Source: a virus
Lineage: Duplodnaviria > Caudoviricetes
Direction: 5' to 3' (one strand)
DNA: 27,439 nucleotides
IMG/VR virus record: IMGVR_UViG_3300030090_002223
Span: 1 to 27,439 of that record
A program made the translations under genes and the position numbers. Shown one piece after another: positions 18,011-25,817 of the stretch (the stretch's first letter is position 1; every line of letters starts with the position of its first letter). The notes under the pieces were generated by a model. That model ran no database searches. It was not told the DNA's origin and saw only the letters and a program-made list of their open reading frames with translations.

Positions 18011-18024
18011 ATTTCTCCAGAGTT

Positions 18025-18050
18025 GGGGAGGGAACCGAAATCCCCTCCCC
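18025..18050 (-). promoter_or_regulatory. Stable UUCG hairpin after the capsid gene (mRNA stabiliser or attenuator)
   Basis: GGGGAGGGGAU-UUCG-GUUCCCUCCCC with no downstream U tract. Confidence 0.7.
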
Positions 18051-18058
18051 TATTATCA

Positions 18059-18916
18059 TTAAGATACTTGAGTATGAACCTCTACGCCATAACCATCAAT
18101 GATTTCTGTAACTCCCCAGAAACCAGAACCGATGATATTGTCTCGTAGATAAGAACCTTCACGATATACTTCTATTCTCATCATGTCTCCAGCATATCCC
18201 ATGCCTAATGCACCAGATACAAAAACTCCACCTTTAACAGCATTAGATGCCTCGGTAAATTCTGGTGATGAGTGTATGTCTATACCAGCGATTCTTGATA
18301 CAAATCCACTTCTTGCACCTTCATCTTGTATCCCAGCACCAGCAAACTGTGCTTGAGTTACTAGATCATTATGTACACCATAAGTTCCCCAGATTTGTCT
18401 TGGATCAAGAACAGCATGAGGTTGCCCCATTGCAGAATTTTGTTTGAGGTTTGAAAGAGCATCAAACAAGTTATCTACTGATAAGGCGGCACTACTTGAG
18501 CCAACAGCATTTGAGAATCCATCAAAAAGAGCATTCAACAAAGCATCAGCTTTAGATGCCAAAGCATTACCGATTAACTCACCGACATTAGATGCGATAT
18601 TATCAGCGTTTGATAATTGAGCCTCATCATACATTGGAACCATTACAGAGTACATATCAAGAGTTGCAGTTTTCTTCTCTGTATCTAGTTGGGTTGATGG
18701 TGTTACAGTACCTTCAGCAGTAGCGGCTACATCCGCACTTGTCAGTACATTACTTCCACTATTGTATGCAATGAAAGTTATTTGATCTGCCTTTGGTTCT
18801 TGTTTAAGAGTTACCAATGGCACAGTTACATTTGCTTCAGAGAACTTAATTAATGCCTCGGATTCGATTACTTCAAGTAATCCACCAGCAAAGTTCCCAC
18901 TATCTCCAGCGGCCAT
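18059..18916 (-). CDS. Major capsid protein (HK97-fold inferred)
   Basis: Follows the scaffold; spine-helix-like GELIGNALASKADALL, AVLDPRQ, IAGIDIHSS and GSGFWGVTEI motifs. Confidence 0.85.
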   Translation of the reverse strand: MAAGDSGNFAGGLLEVIESEALIKFSEANVTVPLVTLKQEPKADQITFIAYNSGSNVLTSADVAATAEGTVTPSTQLDTEKKTATLDMYSVMVPMYDEAQLSNADNIASNVGELIGNALASKADALLNALFDGFSNAVGSSSAALSVDNLFDALSNLKQNSAMGQPHAVLDPRQIWGTYGVHNDLVTQAQFAGAGIQDEGARSGFVSRIAGIDIHSSPEFTEASNAVKGGVFVSGALGMGYAGDMMRIEVYREGSYLRDNIIGSGFWGVTEIIDGYGVEVHTQVS

Positions 18917-18922
18917 GTTATA

Positions 18923-19183
18923 TTATCCTTTTTTTCCAAATATTGCATCCCATCTATCTTGCGGAATGTGAGTAAATGTACTTCTCAAGTCTTTACAAAG
19001 AGGTGCTTTCTCTTGTCCAACACAAATTCTAAATCCATCCTCATATGGTATTTCTTCACCATTTGAAACATAGATATGCTCACCATCTTTCGATATAGCA
19101 GATGCTACATTTCCAGTATCCATACCAGTAGTAGGATTATGATTAATTGAATCTAGATGTAAACGCTTCTTTGATTTTAGCAT
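18923..19183 (-). CDS. Hypothetical protein
   Basis: 86-aa ORF between scaffold and capsid genes, ending RWDAIFGKKG. Confidence 0.6.
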   Translation of the reverse strand: MLKSKKRLHLDSINHNPTTGMDTGNVASAISKDGEHIYVSNGEEIPYEDGFRICVGQEKAPLCKDLRSTFTHIPQDRWDAIFGKKG

Positions 19184-19688
19184 AACTCGATCTATCTAAT
19201 TTACCTTTCGCAACATCTCTAGCGGCTTCAGTTAAGGAATTATATCCTTGATATCCAGAGGAAGTTGAGTTGTCAACACTTGGAACATTAGTTTGTTTAT
19301 TAGTTAATTTATTATGAACTATCTTTACTTGAGCATAGTTCATCCCTTTAAAAGCATCCTTCTCTTCATCAGAGAAATCAGCTAACATCTTCTCGATCTC
19401 TGCATTCTCTCTATCCTTGTAGGATTGAAGTTCCGGAGTGATAGAATCGTATTTTGCTTTCGTTTCTTCATACAGCATTTTCCACTCTTCATTTTCAGCT
19501 AGTTGTGCTTGTCTATCTTCCTCCAACTTCTTCTCAAGTTCTGCAACACGAGATTCTGCTTTTTGCAATCGTTCTTTCTTCTGCATTACTTCTCGCAGTA
19601 AATCACTATCCTGATTGCTAGATGGTGATTCATTCTGGCTTTCAGTAGCCACCTCTTGTACGCTATCTTGTACTGTTTCTTCGCTCAT
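19143..19688 (-). CDS. Capsid scaffolding protein
   Basis: Acidic N-terminus and long coiled coil, upstream of the capsid gene; GGAGG RBS. Confidence 0.75.
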   Translation of the reverse strand: MSEETVQDSVQEVATESQNESPSSNQDSDLLREVMQKKERLQKAESRVAELEKKLEEDRQAQLAENEEWKMLYEETKAKYDSITPELQSYKDRENAEIEKMLADFSDEEKDAFKGMNYAQVKIVHNKLTNKQTNVPSVDNSTSSGYQGYNSLTEAARDVAKGKLDRSSYAKIKEAFTSRFN

Positions 19689-19700
19689 GTCCGAGCCTCC

Positions 19701-20168
19701 CTATTTACCTATTTTAAGGTTGATTGGCTTTCGAGTAGCCTCCCTAGCATTCTTATTGATATGCTTATCAACCTCGTTCAAAATAAATCTTTCAACATTT
19801 TTAGGTACTGGTCTTACATTGCTGGTTATTACCCTATCTTTCATTTCAGCATTCCATTGTACCTTCTGTGCATTTGCACCTGACCAACCAATTACCACTT
19901 TATCTTTTGTAAATCCTCTGGTTTGTAGATTCCTCATCATATCACCAGTTAATTGTAGATCAACTTTTGTTGATGTAGATGACTGTCTCTTAAACTTACC
20001 AGATGCTTTTCTTGCCTTATAACTTGTCGAATATGGTTGGAACTTTTTCCCTTCGACATCTTTACCGCCTTTCGTAGTATGCACTCGTATTCGGTCTGCT
20101 GATTCATCACCAACAAACTTCCAGAATCGTTTGGTAAAGGTTGGAATATCTTGTAGTTCTTTAGCCAT
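19701..20168 (-). CDS. Virion morphogenesis/neck (tail-completion) protein
   Basis: G.DVEG..F.PYS.SY...K and VDLQLTGDMM motifs. Confidence 0.7.
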   Translation of the reverse strand: MAKELQDIPTFTKRFWKFVGDESADRIRVHTTKGGKDVEGKKFQPYSTSYKARKASGKFKRQSSTSTKVDLQLTGDMMRNLQTRGFTKDKVVIGWSGANAQKVQWNAEMKDRVITSNVRPVPKNVERFILNEVDKHINKNAREATRKPINLKIGK

Positions 20169-20937
20169 CTAATTTTTGTTTTAATTGTTGTTGAGGTGTT
20201 AATGGTTCTCTTTTAAATCCACCTTTGTTTTCTATAAACTTCTCTGCTTGTTGTGGATCGGTTAATTTTCTCGATACTGATGTTTCCCTTGCCCACCTAT
20301 GTCTACAGTTAAATCCACCACCATCTACAAATGCACCGGGATACTGTGATTGTATCTCTTCCTTTGTCATACTTCCAGATGCCATCATCTTCAAACATAT
20401 ATCTCTAGTCTTTTGATCTATTGGGCCTTGATAAACATAAGTAGCATCAGCTGGATCAAAGGCTGTCATTTGTGATGTTACATTACGCTCAAATGTATTC
20501 AATGCTGTATTGGCTAGTGTTTCAGCCTCATATCTTTCAAAGCCTACATCAATCATACTCTGTGCTATCTCTCTCTCGGTCTTACCACCTATGATACCTT
20601 TCACAGCCTCATCAATAGCTTTTTGCCCTATTAGATTTATTTGTTCTCTAAATGTTGCCTCATCCAATCGTACCAATGCTTGTAGTGTTTCTTCTGTTAC
20701 TTGCCCGGTTGCCTCCATTCCAAGTAGTACACTTTCATACGATGCGATATACTGATTCAAATCATTCTGCATACCAATCTGATTAAAGATATAATCATCA
20801 ACATCAAGCGTGGAAATGAGAGAGATAAACTCATCTCGTGTGAGAGATTGCTTGAGATCAAGTATATCTTCTACCATTTGTGCTTGGGCTTTCTGCAAAG
20901 CCTGTGCGAATTGCTGTGCTATTTGATCTTTATCCAC
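20161..20937 (-). CDS. Minor head morphogenesis protein (SPP1 gp7/Mu gpF-like)
   Basis: YQGPIDQKTRDIC...GGFNCRHRW motif, directly after the portal. Confidence 0.8.
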   Translation of the reverse strand: MDKDQIAQQFAQALQKAQAQMVEDILDLKQSLTRDEFISLISTLDVDDYIFNQIGMQNDLNQYIASYESVLLGMEATGQVTEETLQALVRLDEATFREQINLIGQKAIDEAVKGIIGGKTEREIAQSMIDVGFERYEAETLANTALNTFERNVTSQMTAFDPADATYVYQGPIDQKTRDICLKMMASGSMTKEEIQSQYPGAFVDGGGFNCRHRWARETSVSRKLTDPQQAEKFIENKGGFKREPLTPQQQLKQKLDG

Positions 20938-22270
20938 GCTGTAATGCTGACACTAATGGAGATGTAGGTGCTTGTGGCTCCTCTACCTCCGGTTCTAATT
21001 CTTCCAATCTTTGTTCTAGTTCTTCATCAGTTATATCTGGGTTAAACTCTCTATACAATTCTTTCTTATCCATTAATCCATTATCCAGCATAAACTGCAA
21101 ACGATCCTTCTGTACAGGCCATTCTTCTGGATAATCTGATTCAGAAAAATCAACTGCAAAGGATTCATCCAATACTCTTCCTGTATGAACCTCAATCAAT
21201 CTGCGATCAATCATATATCGTTCTTCTTCAAAGTCTTGGAACATAGGTATATCTGATTCTCTTGATTCTAGGTTCTCCATGTTTAGAATCTTCAATGCTT
21301 GTCCACTTGGTATTTGTCCTTGCTCTCCCCATCGTATTGATAGAGCGTGATTTTGACCAGTAACATTCAATAACTCTTTTATACCAGCTATCATTTGATT
21401 GATATTCGATGGAGGTGCTACGAATGACATGGAACTACCTTCTGGTAGAGAAATCAAGCGATCTACTCCCCATTTGAGGTTAGGTACTTCTTGGTCAATC
21501 CCAGTTATTACTGGTGATCCCATTTGATACCTCGTAGCCAACATCACTTCAGTAAATGCGATAGAGGAATGAAGAGCCGCCATTGTAACATCCATAGCAT
21601 CATAAGGAAACATAATACGAGAGATAGGGTTAAGTTGATATGGATTCACCATTTCAGAATTGCCATTTATTGGATATATGCGACCATTGATGTCGTATAA
21701 GAAGTGCATTCCCGGTTCGCCATCTCTAGCCTCACTCCAGAATACAAACTCCCTATCACCTTTGGCATTCTTACCACGCTCATACGAATAACCATAAGGT
21801 TCCATCTCACCTTCGTAATAATACTCTCGTACATTAGGGAGGATGTGGTATTCAATCTTTTGTTTTCTTTCGTTCCATACTGACTTGATATGGATCGTAC
21901 CTAATAGCCAAGCCAACTCACTTGCGATGCGAGATGATGAATTAAGATGATAAGTATAGGTTAGATACTCTTCTGCTATTTCACCACCTACGAATCTTTT
22001 GGCTGGAGCCTTATACAACATCATCCTTGCTCTTGAAAACCTTGATACAATCTTACCCAATGGTAATGGCGGTATCTGGCTCAATGATGTACCGGGAAAG
22101 TAGTCTTTCACATAATCTTCAATATCACGATTATAATAGAAATCTAATCCCATTTGCCTACGTTTGTATTCTTCTTTTAGTACAATATCTTCAGCATTCT
22201 TAATGCTCTCAAATACTGCCTTGCTCCCCAAGTCTGGTATCGTTACCATGTCATAATATTTCATTACCAC
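20930..22270 (-). CDS. Portal protein
   Basis: 446 aa after TerL; SGQALKI motif of SPP1 gp6-like portals. Confidence 0.85.
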   Translation of the reverse strand: MVMKYYDMVTIPDLGSKAVFESIKNAEDIVLKEEYKRRQMGLDFYYNRDIEDYVKDYFPGTSLSQIPPLPLGKIVSRFSRARMMLYKAPAKRFVGGEIAEEYLTYTYHLNSSSRIASELAWLLGTIHIKSVWNERKQKIEYHILPNVREYYYEGEMEPYGYSYERGKNAKGDREFVFWSEARDGEPGMHFLYDINGRIYPINGNSEMVNPYQLNPISRIMFPYDAMDVTMAALHSSIAFTEVMLATRYQMGSPVITGIDQEVPNLKWGVDRLISLPEGSSMSFVAPPSNINQMIAGIKELLNVTGQNHALSIRWGEQGQIPSGQALKILNMENLESRESDIPMFQDFEEERYMIDRRLIEVHTGRVLDESFAVDFSESDYPEEWPVQKDRLQFMLDNGLMDKKELYREFNPDITDEELEQRLEELEPEVEEPQAPTSPLVSALQRG

Positions 22271-23466
22271 TCCACCGATGTTGGGATTCTGCTAATAATA
22301 GGATGTCTATAAGCGATGTAATAACTACAAGCATCAATCATGTGAGTTAATGCTATATCGCTCTTATCTATCTTACCATCTCTACTTCTTTGCACTTGTT
22401 CTAAATCTTTTATTAAATGAATACACTTTGAATCAACTGTCATCCTAACTCTACCCTTTGCATCTTTTAGCATTCTATTTAAAGCATTCAATCTATCAAT
22501 CACAGGAGGATTTGCTTTCTTGGCTATAACATGAAAACCATAATCTTTTAGGATCATGTGATCTGAACGATTTGATGTAGTTGATCTGGCTGATCCAGCA
22601 CTATCCGGATATACCGGGATGTTTGGTGCAGTAGCTTTCATAGCCTTTGCCATCTCTTCTGTGTTTGAATTGGTTTGCCTTATCTCATCAAAGTAATGAA
22701 TCGTACCATCAGAGAACTCACAGCCTAATACAGCACTCATATAATCAACATTGAAATCCATTCCCCAGAATAGATTGTTTGATAGTTGGTCTGCTTTCTT
22801 CACATGGATGTTGCGATCAAAGTTGTAGGCGGCTCTGTTTCCTGTTGTTTCAAATGATGCAAGGAATTCTGTTTTGAACGCTTTCTCATCCATCATGCTC
22901 TTGGCTTTCTCTATCTCTTCTTGTGGTACATAGCCACCATCTACTGTTGTATATTGCCAACTCATCCAGTCTTTGTCTTTACCTTGTCCTCTTAAATAAG
23001 CATCGTATAAATGATCATATCCATTTGGTGTACCAATAAAGAAAGCCTCGCCATTTGTAGTTGTTAATGTAGGATAAATAATTTCATCCCATACATGAGG
23101 TTTGATATAAGAATATTCTTCCATAACAACCATTGTTAAGCCGACACCTCGCAATGAGTTTTCGTTTTCTGCTCCACGAATTGCAATCTCTGAATCGTTT
23201 GGTAGCTTAACTGATAAATCTGTTTCATTAATCTTGCAATCATATTCTCTAAATAGTTGTCGCATTAACTTCCAAGTAGTGTTCCGACCTTGCCGGTAAT
23301 TTGGTGTTACTATCCATCGCCTTTCTCCAGATTGTATATCCTTTGATAACAACCAAATCAAAGATAGATGAGATTTCCCAAACCTTCTCCCAGCTACCAG
23401 AACCTTTCGCTTGGCTGGATGATTGATAATCTCTCTTCGTTTTGAATCTATATTCCAATTATCCAA
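22264..23466 (-). CDS. terL: Terminase large subunit
   Basis: Walker A VAGRRFGKS, LRGVGL, Walker B VVMEE, IGTPNG, nuclease GMDFN and HMIDA. Confidence 0.95.
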   Translation of the reverse strand: MDNWNIDSKRREIINHPAKRKVLVAGRRFGKSHLSLIWLLSKDIQSGERRWIVTPNYRQGRNTTWKLMRQLFREYDCKINETDLSVKLPNDSEIAIRGAENENSLRGVGLTMVVMEEYSYIKPHVWDEIIYPTLTTTNGEAFFIGTPNGYDHLYDAYLRGQGKDKDWMSWQYTTVDGGYVPQEEIEKAKSMMDEKAFKTEFLASFETTGNRAAYNFDRNIHVKKADQLSNNLFWGMDFNVDYMSAVLGCEFSDGTIHYFDEIRQTNSNTEEMAKAMKATAPNIPVYPDSAGSARSTTSNRSDHMILKDYGFHVIAKKANPPVIDRLNALNRMLKDAKGRVRMTVDSKCIHLIKDLEQVQRSRDGKIDKSDIALTHMIDACSYYIAYRHPIISRIPTSVEW

Positions 23467-23635
23467 ATACTCTCTTCATCAAACTTTTAGGAACTTTCTT
23501 ACCAGCTTTGTACAGCCTTTGCATCCTTGCCAAATCTCTACCTCTTTGTGATCGTTTGCTCCCTTTAACGCCAGATAGGTATTTCTTTGGTACACTCTTA
23601 AATCTTTTATCTTTTGCAGTTCTACGAATCTTCAT
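23459..23635 (-). CDS. Very basic miniprotein (58 aa; not in ORF track)
   Basis: MKIRRTAKDKRFKSVPKKYLSGVKGSKRSQRGRDLARMQRLYKAGKKVPKSLMKRVFG; ATGA-coupled and overlapping the TerL start. Confidence 0.75.
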   Translation of the reverse strand: MKIRRTAKDKRFKSVPKKYLSGVKGSKRSQRGRDLARMQRLYKAGKKVPKSLMKRVFG

Positions 23636-23805
23636 ACACCAACCTTTTTCATAGCGATCCTATGAGAACTTGTAAAGGTACTTCCCTTTCTCATTGCTGT
23701 AACCATTGCTCTCAAATGCTTTCTTGTATGATGTGTTGAATGTCTTTTCATTGCAGATATTTGTCTTTTAGTTAGACCAGTAACACTTACACCTTTTACC
23801 TTCAT
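23632..23805 (-). CDS. Basic His-rich miniprotein (57 aa; not in ORF track)
   Basis: MKVKGVSVTGLTKRQISAMKRHSTHHTRKHLRAMVTAMRKGSTFTSSHRIAMKKVGV; ATGA overlaps at both ends. Confidence 0.75.
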   Translation of the reverse strand: MKVKGVSVTGLTKRQISAMKRHSTHHTRKHLRAMVTAMRKGSTFTSSHRIAMKKVGV

Positions 23806-24059
23806 TGCGTTCTACGCTTTCTTTCCATTCTTGCTAAATCAGCATCATGTTTAATTCTTTTCCTACCTTTGGCAATTTTAATGAATGAATTAACTCTCGC
23901 ACTTGCCCAACTAGATGGAGTCATTCCCGGTCTTGTACCACTACTGACAGCGGCTCCCAATCCTCTCCTATAAACTTTCACAAGTGATGATGGTAATATC
24001 TTATTCTTTCTTGCTAATGCTCCAAGTCTTTTTCTAGTTGATGTTGATATTTTTGCCAT
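23802..24059 (-). CDS. Basic protein, DUF5824-like
   Basis: LVKVYRRGLGAAVSSGTRPGMTPSSWASARVNSFI resembles the VY.RG..A....RPG.....W..ARV motif (family name from memory). Confidence 0.65.
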   Translation of the reverse strand: MAKISTSTRKRLGALARKNKILPSSLVKVYRRGLGAAVSSGTRPGMTPSSWASARVNSFIKIAKGRKRIKHDADLARMERKRRTQ

Positions 24060-24391
24060 TAATCAATGCTTAAAATTTTAATAGGTTCGGTCTTATGTGA
24101 TATTTCTCTTGTTTCTTTTGCCTTACCTTCTGCTCTATCTGATAGATATGATACTGCACTCATTGAACCATTCATTGCCATACTTAACACTCTGCGAACC
24201 ATCTTCTCTTTCTTTGTGAGTCCTGTATCATCTTCCTCATCCCAAACCTTCTTGATAATATCTGCTAATGCTCCTCTCCTACCATTTGGATTGGCATTGT
24301 TACCAGCTTTGAATTGTGTATCTGGATTACCACTAAATCCTTTTTTATACTGACCATTAGACTTCCGATTAGCCTCCGTTTGCTTACTCAT
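24059..24391 (-). CDS. terS: Terminase small subunit-like protein
   Basis: GQYKKGFSGNP..FKAGN..NPNGR N-terminus and A..G...A..YL.DR.EGK helix motif; upstream of TerL. Confidence 0.7.
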   Translation of the reverse strand: MSKQTEANRKSNGQYKKGFSGNPDTQFKAGNNANPNGRRGALADIIKKVWDEEDDTGLTKKEKMVRRVLSMAMNGSMSAVSYLSDRAEGKAKETREISHKTEPIKILSID

Positions 24392-24557
24392 AATCAACTA
24401 ATGCCATTACCAACGCTTTATTAAGTTTGTCAAGCAATTCTTTGACCTTCTCGGAATCAATCTCATATACATCAAACTCAAGCCTCCAGTTGTGAGTGGT
24501 CTTGAGGTTTTTAATGCCAACAAGTTCAACATTTAATGTAGTACCTTCTGTTTTCAT
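24384..24557 (-). CDS. Hypothetical protein (57 aa; first late gene; not in ORF track)
   Basis: MKTEGTTLNVELVGIKNLKTTHNWRLEFDVYEIDSEKVKELLDKLNKALVMALVDYE; overlaps the TerS start. Confidence 0.65.
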   Translation of the reverse strand: MKTEGTTLNVELVGIKNLKTTHNWRLEFDVYEIDSEKVKELLDKLNKALVMALVDYE

Positions 24558-24684
24558 AAGTTTAGTTGCCCGGACAACAAGTTCAATTCCTGTCTATCGC
24601 CTTAATTCCAATCTGTAATCTGTCGTTTTCTCTGCGAGTGAGGCTTGAACGTGCCTCTATATATACATAAAAATACATACAACA

Positions 24685-24707
24685 ACTCACAACATTGCAT
24701 TGTAAGT
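24685..24707 (-). terminator. Possible terminator hairpin ending the early/middle unit
   Basis: ACUUACAAU-GCAAU-GUUGUGAGU followed by U-rich sequence, 20 nt after the stop at 24727. Confidence 0.4.
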
Positions 24708-24726
24708 CTTTGTTTTTGTTTATTTT

Positions 24727-25245
24727 TTAGTTAGGCAAATTTTTAGATATTGGATTCAACATATCATTATCTATTTCATATAAATCTGATTTTACTTTGA
24801 TTGCTGTTCCATCTCTTCTAATTCGTATTGATCCTTGTTTATGGAATACTCTGCGATTCTTGAACTGCTCTTGTGTTACCCATCCACAGATAGTGAGTAT
24901 TGAATCAGTCTTGTTTATTGAACAGAATAGGTAAATATCTGTATTGTATCCATCTTGAGCGGCTAGGAAATTGTTGGTGTATCCAGTTCTTACTGGGCCT
25001 TTCCTTCCCATCGTCTTAACGTCTATTCGTTTTCCTTTGAGGCAAAGATCGACTCCACCATCAAAGCCATCTTTTCCACTAGCCATAGGTTGATCATAAT
25101 AATCACAGATAACATTTTGACCAAGTATTCCAGTATATTGTTCCTCTTGATTTCCATCTGCATATCCTCTTTTCCCAAAGTTGTATTTTTTAACTTCATT
25201 CCATGATTTAAGTTTTATCCAATACTTGATTGGAATATCTATCAT
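24727..25245 (-). CDS. PD-(D/E)XK-like nuclease-fold protein
   Basis: GILGQ helix followed by DGGVDL...RIDVKT. Confidence 0.55.
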   Translation of the reverse strand: MIDIPIKYWIKLKSWNEVKKYNFGKRGYADGNQEEQYTGILGQNVICDYYDQPMASGKDGFDGGVDLCLKGKRIDVKTMGRKGPVRTGYTNNFLAAQDGYNTDIYLFCSINKTDSILTICGWVTQEQFKNRRVFHKQGSIRIRRDGTAIKVKSDLYEIDNDMLNPISKNLPN

Positions 25246-25532
25246 AATTCAAATTCCATTCCTATGAGTTTGTCTATTGCCCTATCATAGTATTTTTGTA
25301 CTGATTGATATGTGATGTTATGATTATCCGCAATTTGCTGTAAATCTCTTATCCCTAGATCATAGAAAGCATCAAAGATTTCATTTTCTCTTTTACTAAA
25401 ATAATGTACTGATCTTCTGCCAACAAGAAATGCAATCATCTCTCGTTTTTTTATTTCTTTCTCAATTCGCTTTCTCTCGTACTCATCCTCATTCTTTCCG
25501 CACATTTCACAAGGCTTGGTATGTGGTTGCAT
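25242..25532 (-). CDS. Sigma70 region-4-like HTH regulator (candidate late activator) with N-terminal CxxC
   Basis: FSKRENEIF...LQQIADNHNITYQSVQKYYDRAIDKL. Confidence 0.7.
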   Translation of the reverse strand: MQPHTKPCEMCGKNEDEYERKRIEKEIKKREMIAFLVGRRSVHYFSKRENEIFDAFYDLGIRDLQQIADNHNITYQSVQKYYDRAIDKLIGMEFEL

Positions 25533-25533
25533 A

Positions 25534-25665
25534 TTATTCCTTTATCTTTTCTATTAGTTCTGTAATTATTAAAAAACTAATTCCAATAGCAAGTACCCAA
25601 AAGAATACTCCGATACCTAATATAAGTACATTTGCTACCCATTCAGCTATGTCGAACATTATCAT
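25534..25665 (-). CDS. Small single-TM membrane protein (43 aa; not in ORF track)
   Basis: MIMFDIAEWVANVLILGIGVFFWVLAIGISFLIITELIEKIKE with AAGGGAG RBS. Confidence 0.7.
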   Translation of the reverse strand: MIMFDIAEWVANVLILGIGVFFWVLAIGISFLIITELIEKIKE

Positions 25666-25687
25666 ATACACTCCCTTATTTAAAATT

Positions 25688-25817
25688 TTGCCTCACTTGG
25701 TAGCCAACCATTTCATTACAATCTCTACCTTGCGGATCATCGAGCATTGCTGTCATCCTCTTTCATTAAAACTTCTTTTAAAAAAAAAATTATCAAAAAG
25801 AGGCTTGTGTGAGGCAA
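25688..25817 (-). ncRNA. Candidate multi-stem structured RNA
   Basis: 9-bp closing stem UUGCCUCAC/GUGAGGCAA enclosing three hairpins. Confidence 0.45.

Noticed and set aside
25780-25789. A10 tract as a phase-variation or frameshift site
   Set aside because: Adding or removing one base still gives only very short ORFs; better explained as part of a hairpin arm
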